Shown: piece by piece, positions 9,850-16,922 of the stretch
Layout of the letters: every line of letters starts with the position of its first letter
Numbering within the stretch: the stretch's first letter is position 1
Assembly (NCBI GenBank): GCA_017475605.1
Contig: JAFVFD010000002.1
Location: forward strand, 11,769-75,768
Reading direction: 5' to 3'
DNA from: Alphaproteobacteria bacterium
GTDB lineage: Bacteria > Pseudomonadota > Alphaproteobacteria > Rs-D84
Length of the DNA stretch: 64,000 nucleotides
Position numbers and translations under genes: made by a program
The notes under the pieces: generated by a model
The model's input: only the letters and a program-made list of their open reading frames with translations
What the model was told of the DNA's origin: nothing
The model's database searches: none

Positions 9850-10564
9850 AATCAAAATTGCGAATTTTTATGTTGCCATGCGTGGCATTCGGCACAACAA
9901 TAATCTTTTCCCCGCGTAACCATTTTTCCGATAGTGTTTTTGGCACTATTTTATCGCGTTCGGCAATATAATGTGTCGCCGACACACGCGGCAACCTGTA
10001 CATGTTAAGTGAATGTACAAGCGGTTCATCATTAAAATATTTGGTCCAGTCGGCATGATTTAATACGCCGGCAATTGTTATCCATTTTTTGACATTTATT
10101 TCGCTATGATTTTGTATAATTAACCCCGAAATCATCGCCCCACCGGAATAGCCGACAAGTATAACAGGGCGTGTGCCGGCGATGGTTTTTATTGCGTTTG
10201 CAACGGAATCTACCATCGCGGTTGAAAAGCGACCAGTGGTCCAATCACGCAAATTACATTTTTCATCCATCACAAATTGACATGGTCGCGCAACATAGGC
10301 AACATTTGGCGCATCGTCCGCCGCCGCCATATCGCGCACCAGGTGTGATTTTGGTGTTGGGTTGTTGGTCGGGTTTCCGGCCTTATCAAATGCGTGGCCG
10401 TCGCCTTCGATATAAATATGAAGTGGGGCGGTTTGGTCTGTGATTTTCTGTATCGTTGCGACAGCGTACAAATCGGGGCGATTGGGCGCAACAACAATCA
10501 TGTTATCGCCCGAACCGATGCCCGCACAGCCCGCCAATAAAAACGCAATAATCACCCGCCACAT
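9839..10564 (-). CDS. Lipoprotein with an alpha/beta-hydrolase (esterase/lipase-like) fold
   Basis: Lipobox LAGC after a signal peptide. Nucleophile elbow GYSGG. 241 aa. Confidence 0.5.
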   Translation of the reverse strand: MWRVIIAFLLAGCAGIGSGDNMIVVAPNRPDLYAVATIQKITDQTAPLHIYIEGDGHAFDKAGNPTNNPTPKSHLVRDMAAADDAPNVAYVARPCQFVMDEKCNLRDWTTGRFSTAMVDSVANAIKTIAGTRPVILVGYSGGAMISGLIIQNHSEINVKKWITIAGVLNHADWTKYFNDEPLVHSLNMYRLPRVSATHYIAERDKIVPKTLSEKWLRGEKIIVVPNATHGNIKIRNFDFID

Positions 10565-10604
10565 GATTTGATTGTAAAATGTGGTGCCGCAAAAGAAAAG
10601 AGTT

Positions 10605-11525
10605 TTATTTTTCGCTTAAATACTTTTTCTTTTGTGCGCTTATCATTGGTCGCATAAATACTGGTGATGAATATATCAACGTGTCCCAATCTTGTTCGCT
10701 AAATTGCGCCTTTAACTTCTGCATTTTTTCGGTGTTTTCCCGATCCCTTTTACCAGACATCGCCGAATCTCCGGCCTCCAATGCCAATTCGTGATATTGT
10801 TCCAGTAAAGATTTTTCCTTTGGCTCAATACGTTGTTTTAGTTCTTTTACACCCTGGGCGCGTTCCCATGGTGTTGTCCCATCACAATCGTAGTGGATTG
10901 GTTCAAAATCTTCGCGTTCTATACCGGCGCACATACTGCCAATTTTATGTTCTGCTTGTTCTTCCATTTGTTCGCAAAACTTATCGTGTTCCCACCAGTA
11001 ATTCAGCATAAGTGTTTTTAATGCATCGTCACATGGTTCGCTGGCTCTTTTTCGCGCGATTTTACATATTTCGCCATAATACCACATTTGGCTGCCCGGG
11101 TCGGTATTAAAGCGCATCCAGACAGTATCACTGTCAAGCCAATCGCGATGGATAGATTGCAAATTATGGGTCTTGTCTGCGAATATAACTGCCTGGACAT
11201 CTGCGTCTTGGCATTTACGCAATGCCGCAATAGTGTGTTTTTTACGTTCCATCCAAGATTGAGATTTGTCGGCTTCGGAACACGCGCGAACAATGTCGGC
11301 AACGCGTTTGCCAAAGTTTTTTACCAGTTCCGCGTATGTGGTGTTGGTGTCTTCCAATGTGTCGTGCAGTATGCCCGCAACGATTGCGTTTTCTGATGCC
11401 CCGGCGCGTATCAGCATTTCCATAACCCCCAATGGATGAACAAGGTATGGTATAATGGTTCCCTTGCGCACTTGTGTCGAGTGTTTTTTTGCCGCAAATA
11501 AAACGGCGCGTTGAATTTTATTCAT
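10605..11525 (-). CDS. Stand-alone HD-domain protein of the RelA/SpoT hydrolase type (small alarmone hydrolase-like) with an uncharacterised ~130-aa C-terminal extension
   Basis: AVLFAAKKH...YLVHPLGV...AGILHDTLEDT matches the (p)ppGpp-hydrolase HD signature. The start is taken at MNKIQRAV (11525), internal to ORF 10605..11570. The C-terminal half (WYYGEICK...EQMEEQ...) is not recognisable. Confidence 0.7.
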   Translation of the reverse strand: MNKIQRAVLFAAKKHSTQVRKGTIIPYLVHPLGVMEMLIRAGASENAIVAGILHDTLEDTNTTYAELVKNFGKRVADIVRACSEADKSQSWMERKKHTIAALRKCQDADVQAVIFADKTHNLQSIHRDWLDSDTVWMRFNTDPGSQMWYYGEICKIARKRASEPCDDALKTLMLNYWWEHDKFCEQMEEQAEHKIGSMCAGIEREDFEPIHYDCDGTTPWERAQGVKELKQRIEPKEKSLLEQYHELALEAGDSAMSGKRDRENTEKMQKLKAQFSEQDWDTLIYSSPVFMRPMISAQKKKYLSEK

Positions 11526-11727
11526 GTTTGTTTCCTTTTGGTTTAGATTTCGGAAACCACAACACGACACACCATCGGTGCCCCGCGTGGCAACCGAAAA
11601 GTTTGATGAGATTTTTTTGTTTGAGATTTTGTGGGATTATCAACCGGTGTCATATCACCACCCCACGCATACTATTATAGTGAAAATAATTTTGTTTTCA
11701 AGTGGGGGCGAAGTTGGAATATTTTTC

Positions 11728-11755
11728 TTGCAATCGGTATTTTTTAAGATAGAAT
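11728..11755 (+). promoter_or_regulatory. Candidate sigma-70 promoter for tRNA-Arg
   Basis: TTGCAA, then a 16-nt spacer, then TAGAAT, ending ~11 nt before the tRNA 5' end. Confidence 0.4.
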
Positions 11756-11766
11756 ATAACACCGTT

Positions 11767-11843
11767 GCGCCCATGGCTCAATTGGATAGAGCATCTGACT
11801 ACGGATCAGAAGGTTGAGGGTTCGAATCCTTCTGGGCGCGCCA
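11767..11843 (+). tRNA. tRNA-Arg (anticodon ACG)
   Basis: Folded by hand. Acceptor GCGCCCA/TGGGCGC. D-arm GCTC..GAGC. Anticodon stem TCTGA/TCAGA with loop CTACGGA. T-arm GAGGG-TTCGAAT-CCTTC. CCA is encoded. Confidence 0.9.
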
Positions 11844-11851
11844 GGTTTAAT

Positions 11852-11880
11852 AAAAAACACCACCTTGTGTGGTGTTTTTT
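11852..11880 (+). terminator. Terminator after tRNA-Arg
   Basis: aaaaaACACCACCttgtGTGGTGTttttt. Confidence 0.8.
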
Positions 11881-11897
11881 ATTAAATATTCTTGATG

Positions 11898-12045
11898 TCG
11901 CCCAGAAGGATGGGTCAGAGTGTCCAAAGGACACGCATGACCAATACGCAGATGAATAATTAAAAAAAATCTTAAAAAATCGACCGAGAGAGATTTTTTT
12001 GATTTTTATTATTATTCATCAAGGGGGAATGAATGGGCGCGCCAG
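11898..12045. repeat. Element B, copy 1. It is bounded on the left by an inverted copy of the tRNA-Arg 3' end and on the right by a direct copy of it. A second copy lies at 39436..39583
   Basis: Left flank CGCCCAGAAGGAT is the reverse complement of tRNA-Arg ATCCTTCTGGGCG. Conserved core GATGGGTCAGAG..GCATGACCAATACGCAGATGAA-AATTA. An AT-rich spacer follows, then ATCAAGGGGG plus GGGCGCGCCAG (the tRNA 3' terminus), then a terminator. Confidence 0.75.
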
Positions 12046-12046
12046 A

Positions 12047-12080
12047 ATAAAACAACACGGCTTTTGCCGTGTTTTTTTAT
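12047..12080. terminator. Terminator copy following element B
   Basis: aaaacaacACGGCttttGCCGTgttttttt. Confidence 0.6.
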
Positions 12081-12082
12081 TC

Positions 12083-12219
12083 TCTGGTCGCCCCAGGATT
12101 TGAACCCGGTCAAGTTGCGCAGCAACGCAGGGTTCGAAAACAAGTAGATTTGATAAACGCAGTGCAATCAAATCGTCACGGTTTGCGCGCAGGCATTTAT
12201 GCCGAGCGAATCCTTCTGG
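12083..12219. repeat. Element A, copy 1 (conserved ~135-nt structured element). A second copy lies at 39240..39385
   Basis: It starts with CTGGTCGCCC, an imperfect inverted copy of the tRNA-Arg 3' end. Next comes GGATTTGAACC (a reverse-complement T-arm), a hairpin, then GGGTTCGAAAACAAGTAGATTTG and a conserved core. It ends in the hairpin GGCATTTATGCC and GAGCGAATCCTTCTGG, which is the tRNA-Arg T-arm 3' half plus acceptor. Confidence 0.75.
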
Positions 12220-12225
12220 ACATGC

Positions 12226-12305
12226 TTTTATTTTTGTTTATCAAGGGGGAATGAATGGGCGCGCCAGGTTTAATAAAAAAACACCGTCTTTTGCGGTGTT
12301 TTTAT
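12226..12305. repeat. Third junction copy: TTTGTTTATCAAGGGGGAATGAAT, then the tRNA-Arg 3' end GGGCGCGCCAG, then a terminator copy
   Basis: It matches the right end of element B and the tRNA 3' end GGGCGCGCCAGGTTTAATAAAAAACACC. The terminator aaaaaaACACCGtcttttGCGGTGTtttt also serves the minus-strand OMP gene. Confidence 0.7.
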
Positions 12306-12310
12306 TTTTC

Positions 12311-12877
12311 CTAAAATCCCATATGTATTCCGCCGGTGGTAATAAGGTTGCCGTCCGATCCTGCGTCCGCAGTTGTCAAATAGCGCACGCCAAAATCGGC
12401 ATAGATTCCGGCAATTATATTCAAACTTATACCCGCCGATGCACCATATGTAAATGTGCTGTGGCTTTCGGTGGGGGCGGTCCATGGGCTTTTTAGTGTT
12501 GTGTCGTAATTGGTAACACCGGCACTTATACCGGCATAGATACTGGAACTAAAACCCGTTGGCTGAAACGAAGCGACAATGTTACCCATATAGATTTTTG
12601 TTTTTGTGTCGTATTCATATTTTATGCCGCCAACATCGTTTTTAAATGTATAGTCGCCCATCGCATATTCAATGCCGTTGCGCATTGAAATATTTGGTGT
12701 TAACGCGTATTGTATACCACCGTTTACAGTCCAGAGCATGTTATATGCCGTTGATGCGTGGCGACCGTTGTTCTGGATACCACTGGTCATGCCGGCGGAA
12801 AGATATGGGGTTAGTGCGCGTGCCATGGTTGGCATTGTCGCGCCAACAAGACATAGAAATAGTGTTATGTGTTTCAT
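12311..12877 (-). CDS. Outer-membrane beta-barrel protein (OmpA-like/OmpW-type small porin family)
   Basis: Signal peptide MKHITLFLCLVGATMPTMARA. Alternating amphipathic beta strands. C-terminal ...GGIHMGF with a terminal Phe. Confidence 0.7.
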   Translation of the reverse strand: MKHITLFLCLVGATMPTMARALTPYLSAGMTSGIQNNGRHASTAYNMLWTVNGGIQYALTPNISMRNGIEYAMGDYTFKNDVGGIKYEYDTKTKIYMGNIVASFQPTGFSSSIYAGISAGVTNYDTTLKSPWTAPTESHSTFTYGASAGISLNIIAGIYADFGVRYLTTADAGSDGNLITTGGIHMGF

Positions 12878-12879
12878 AC

Positions 12880-13461
12880 CTAGCGTCCCTTGGTTTTTTG
12901 ATTGTGATAAATCGCGTTAAAGTGCTGGCGACATACTGATTTATAATTACTGTCCCCAAGGGCGAATTGGTCGCCCGCACGAATTACACGCCCCGTCGAA
13001 TCAAAGCGCAGGTGGTGTGTTGCCAATTTTGTACACCCCGGCATTTGACAGCATGATTCCATACGGTGTAATTTTGCGCCAACTTCTATTAATCTTTTTG
13101 ATGCGGGAAATAATTGTTCGTTACTGTCCACCATTAAACCATAGCACATAACGATTATATTTTTCCCATCGGCAATCTGAACCAGTTTATCTATGTCCGA
13201 CGGGGTGAAAAACTGGACTTCGTCAACAAGAATGAATTTAGTTGATGGTTTTGGTGTATATGTATTCAGGTTTGGTAACGCAACCGCCGGTGTCTTGATG
13301 CCGATGCGCGAAACGATTTCAGAATTAGAAAATCGCGTATCAAAGGCCGGCTTTAAAACCTCGGTATCTGTGCCGTTTTGGTTAAAGTTGTATGCGGTAA
13401 TTACCAATTGTGCGGACTTTGAACTGCCCATGGTGCCATAATGAAAGTGCAGATTTGCCAT
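12880..13461 (-). CDS. tdk: Thymidine kinase
   Basis: P-loop GTMGSSKS and a C-terminal zinc ribbon with CxxC..C..C-type spacing. Confidence 0.9.
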   Translation of the reverse strand: MANLHFHYGTMGSSKSAQLVITAYNFNQNGTDTEVLKPAFDTRFSNSEIVSRIGIKTPAVALPNLNTYTPKPSTKFILVDEVQFFTPSDIDKLVQIADGKNIIVMCYGLMVDSNEQLFPASKRLIEVGAKLHRMESCCQMPGCTKLATHHLRFDSTGRVIRAGDQFALGDSNYKSVCRQHFNAIYHNQKTKGR

Positions 13462-14409
13462 TTATTTTCCCCCTTGACTTAATACCATAGATTCCAGGCG
13501 CGCTATGCGTTTTTGGGTATCGGGGTGGGTTGAAAAAACATCACCCATAAACCCACGCGCGCCGGGTTCGGCAATACATGCGATTGCCAACGAATGCATA
13601 TTGCCCAATTTTTTGCTTTCACTTTTCCCACTTATTTTCCGCAGGGCATTGGCAAGTCCCATTGGATTGCGCGTAATGTGTGCGCCGGTCGCATCGGCGG
13701 CATATTCGCGACTGCGTGAAATGGCCAGTTGTAACAACGGTGTAATAATCGTGTTGAATATGGTAAATGCCAGCCAAACCATCATCAATACTGCGCCCGA
13801 TTTGTTATCATTATCATCGCGCGAACCGCCACCATATAATGCCACCCGGTATATAAGGTCCGCCGCAAAAACCGTTACACCAATTCCGGTGATAATTAAC
13901 ATATCAAGTCGTATATCGCGGTTTCCAATATGTGCGCATTCGTGGGCGATAACACCTTCAAGTTCCATTCTGTCTAATTTTTTAACAATTCCGCGGGTAA
14001 GTGCGACAGATGCATCACGCGGGCTGCGCCCCGTTGCAAATGCGTTTAGTGAATCATCGTCAATGATATATACGCGCGGTGTGGGTAATCCGGCGGCCAG
14101 TGCGACATTTTCAACCGATTTGAATATATCACGATACTGGGTATCGGTATCATGTATTTCGTGCGCACCCGCTGCGGATAATATCATCGCATCCCCAAAT
14201 GCCCATGATATTATCATCCAGATTATACACCCGATAAATGTTGGAATTGCGACAGAAATTGTTGTGTTAATTGCGTCGTTCAATGGCACCACACACCATG
14301 TTAACAAAAATACCAGTGCAATAAAAACAACAGGGAACAGCAACACTAAAAATGCGGTTTTTATGTTGTTTTGCCGTATATGATCATAGACTGTTTTAAT
14401 TTTAGGCAT
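13462..14409 (-). CDS. htpX: M48-family zinc metalloprotease HtpX homolog
   Basis: Multiple TM helices and HEXXH as HECAH. The overall layout is typical of HtpX. Confidence 0.85.
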   Translation of the reverse strand: MPKIKTVYDHIRQNNIKTAFLVLLFPVVFIALVFLLTWCVVPLNDAINTTISVAIPTFIGCIIWMIISWAFGDAMILSAAGAHEIHDTDTQYRDIFKSVENVALAAGLPTPRVYIIDDDSLNAFATGRSPRDASVALTRGIVKKLDRMELEGVIAHECAHIGNRDIRLDMLIITGIGVTVFAADLIYRVALYGGGSRDDNDNKSGAVLMMVWLAFTIFNTIITPLLQLAISRSREYAADATGAHITRNPMGLANALRKISGKSESKKLGNMHSLAIACIAEPGARGFMGDVFSTHPDTQKRIARLESMVLSQGGK

Positions 14410-14491
14410 GACTTTCCTTTTCCATTGGATTCATTATTGAACAAATTGAAAACAATGTCATGAAAAATATTTTAAAATATGATATAATTTA

Positions 14492-15523
14492 GTGCGTATG
14501 AAAAAGGTGGTGTCTTATCTTGTCGTGATGGTGTGTATTGGCGGCTTTGTTTCTGCCAATGGGGAAAGTTTGCTTAAACCCGCATCGTTTCCAAAGGTTT
14601 TTAATGATGCACCATTCATTGCGCGGGTCCAAATTCTGGCCGAAGGTTACGATGATTATGAATCTGTATATGATGCAAACGGGCGGTGTATTTCCGGGTG
14701 TGCATATCCAGGCATCACCATGGAAAAAGAAACAGAAGCCATTGAACGCAACAGCCGCATGGCGCAATCTGCCGCCCAACAATACAATTATCCAAGTGGT
14801 AATATTGCCGCAAACAACGGGGTAATGCCGGAACAACAATCAAATACAAATGTTGTTATTCCAAATGTTTCGAACCAGCCAACAACAAATCTAAACGCAC
14901 CGGCAGCATCGACACCGCCCACACCCACACAACAAACATATAACTGTGCCACACATCGCGCGGCATATCGGACATTGGTGCCGGGTAATTCGCCAATTGA
15001 TGTCGATATTCATATATCATCTGATTTTGGACCACGAAAATCGCCAACCGCCGGTGCATCATCTTGGCACAAGGGGATAGATATTTCCATACCAACGGGA
15101 ACCCCGGTATATGCGACCGCGGATGGCACCGTCGAATATATACGGGACCAGGGAAACAAGGGTGGCGGTAAATACATCGTTATCAAACATGGCAATACCA
15201 ATTTTAGAACGGCATATTTTCATTTAAGTAATAACCAGGTGTTAAAGGTGGGTGATTTTGTGAATGCGGGGTGCCTTGTCGGAATAAGCGGGAATACAGG
15301 TGTTTCAACCGGACCGCATTTACACTATACGATTTATTACACCCAACCCGGAAAATCGTTTAATTTTGCGCTGGATCCGGTTGACCCATTGTGGACCGAA
15401 AACCAACTTAAAACGAATTATAGATTTAAAAGCCAGGCGGCAAAATCGTGTCTGCATACCGCACATAATTTTTGTGGAACGGGGGCTGTGCCGCCCGATA
15501 CATTACCAGGCGAAATAAAATAA
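14492..15523 (+). CDS. Secreted M23-family (LytM) peptidase
   Basis: Signal peptide. HKGIDISIPTGTPVYATADGTV...GNTGVSTGPHLHYTIY. Confidence 0.85.
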   Translation: MRMKKVVSYLVVMVCIGGFVSANGESLLKPASFPKVFNDAPFIARVQILAEGYDDYESVYDANGRCISGCAYPGITMEKETEAIERNSRMAQSAAQQYNYPSGNIAANNGVMPEQQSNTNVVIPNVSNQPTTNLNAPAASTPPTPTQQTYNCATHRAAYRTLVPGNSPIDVDIHISSDFGPRKSPTAGASSWHKGIDISIPTGTPVYATADGTVEYIRDQGNKGGGKYIVIKHGNTNFRTAYFHLSNNQVLKVGDFVNAGCLVGISGNTGVSTGPHLHYTIYYTQPGKSFNFALDPVDPLWTENQLKTNYRFKSQAAKSCLHTAHNFCGTGAVPPDTLPGEIK

Positions 15524-15919
15524 CTATTTTTTATGATGGAATCGAACCATAAAACTGCCGTTATTTATCGCATGAAAATCAACGATATATGGCGACAAAA
15601 TACTTTCGCGCGCCCATTGTGGAAAAAGTTCATGTAAGACACCGCTGGCCCCGGTAATAATATTTGCCGATTTCGCGCCCGATGTGGCCGCGTTCATTAT
15701 TTCAGACCATGCCTCTTCAACTGTTTTCATATGTAAATCAATAACGATATTGTCTGGGGTTGGGGCAACCGGTTTGGGTATGCGTTTTGATAATTGTAAT
15801 TCAGAACGCACCGCGCGCTTTGTCGTGGTGTCATCGGGTGTATATTCGGCCCCAATCATTTGTAATATATCGTTGTCTGATAATTGTTTCATGGTATTAA
15901 TGATACAATATATATTCAA
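15524..15919 (-). CDS. Smr-domain protein
   Basis: IVIDLHMKTVEEA is an Smr-type LDLHG-like motif. A probable alternative start lies at MKQLSD (15892). Confidence 0.6.
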   Translation of the reverse strand: MNIYCIINTMKQLSDNDILQMIGAEYTPDDTTTKRAVRSELQLSKRIPKPVAPTPDNIVIDLHMKTVEEAWSEIMNAATSGAKSANIITGASGVLHELFPQWARESILSPYIVDFHAINNGSFMVRFHHKK

Positions 15920-15935
15920 GATTTCAACGCAATAA

Positions 15936-15959
15936 AAAACGCCCGACGGGGCGTTTTTT
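15936..15959. terminator. Bidirectional terminator downstream of rlpA
   Basis: aaaaaaCGCCCgacgGGGCGtttttt. Confidence 0.75.
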
Positions 15960-15982
15960 AATGAATGTAAGTCGTATGCATA

Positions 15983-16855
15983 TTAAATGCTGTCCGCGTT
16001 TACCCAACGGCCATTCTTTAACAGACCCGGTGCCATACCTTCGCTGCTGCGCAGGGCATCAATTACACCACGTGCCTTTGGCGCATCAAGGTTTTCAATA
16101 CGAACCTTGTACATGTCGCCTTCGTGAACAACGGTTGCGTCGCCATATGCGCGCATACGTGCGGCCAGGGCATTAGCACTGTCTTCGGCATAGAACGCGG
16201 CAACCTGGACACTGTAATCGCCGGTTGTTGCGACCGGTGCCGGCTGTGCCGCCGGGGCAGGTTGTGCGGCAACCGTTTCTTCAACAACGGCTGCGCCTGT
16301 ATTACCAATAGTTGCGTTTTTAACAGCGATTGATTCATCGCCCAAAACTTGAATCTGAACCTTGGCAGAACCCTTCATACCGATACGTGCCGCGGCCGCC
16401 GGGGACAAATCCATAATACGAGTGTTCACAAATGGACCACGATTATTTACACGAACAACAACCGATTGTCCGTTATCCAAATTGGTAACGCGTGCGATTG
16501 TTGGTAATGGTAATGTTTTACTGGTTGCGGCCATTTGGTTAATGTCAAATGTTTCGCCGTTGCTGGTCTTGGTACCATTTAATTCAGCTGGAACGATACC
16601 TGCGATACCAGTTTGATTATATGTTAAATCTTCTGCTGGGATATATTGTACATCTTCGACCTTGTATGCGTTGCCGACATAATATCTTGGGGCGGCGGCC
16701 AATAAATAAGCATTATTCAGTGTTTGTTCGCCCGCGTCGGTCGTCAATGTTTCTTCGCCAAAGCCATCGGAACCATAGCCGGCATTATTTTGATTTGCGG
16801 TTGTACAACCCGCCAAAACAGCGGCCAATGCCGCCAATGAAATCAGTTTTTTCAT
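15983..16855 (-). CDS. rlpA: Septal ring lytic transglycosylase RlpA-family lipoprotein with a C-terminal SPOR domain
   Basis: Lipobox LAGC. DPBB region GETFDINQMAA..IARVTNLDNGQSVVVRVNNRGPF. The C-terminal SPOR-like segment is YSVQVAAF...MYKVRI. Confidence 0.85.
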   Translation of the reverse strand: MKKLISLAALAAVLAGCTTANQNNAGYGSDGFGEETLTTDAGEQTLNNAYLLAAAPRYYVGNAYKVEDVQYIPAEDLTYNQTGIAGIVPAELNGTKTSNGETFDINQMAATSKTLPLPTIARVTNLDNGQSVVVRVNNRGPFVNTRIMDLSPAAAARIGMKGSAKVQIQVLGDESIAVKNATIGNTGAAVVEETVAAQPAPAAQPAPVATTGDYSVQVAAFYAEDSANALAARMRAYGDATVVHEGDMYKVRIENLDAPKARGVIDALRSSEGMAPGLLKNGRWVNADSI

Positions 16856-16922
16856 GTGGAACTCCTTACATTCTTATGAATGTATTTTATCATATAATAT
16901 TTCCACTTTCAACTTTATTTTA

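Noticed and set aside
11765-11959. ORFs 11765..11959 and 39417..39599, which share the peptide ..HDQYADE
   Set aside because: The shared peptide comes from the conserved non-coding core of element B. The ORFs begin inside a tRNA or terminator, and there is no conserved reading frame beyond the core.
12083-12160. A minus-strand tRNA-like 3' half (..CGGGTTCAAATCCTGGGGCGACCA on the reverse complement), and more generally the idea that element A is a (two-piece) tmRNA
   Set aside because: No complementary 5' acceptor strand lies within ~75 nt. No resume codon or tag-peptide reading frame ending in a stop is present. The second copy (39240..) lacks a convincing T-arm/acceptor at the equivalent place. 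smpB is present at 33456, but that only shows a tmRNA exists somewhere in the genome.
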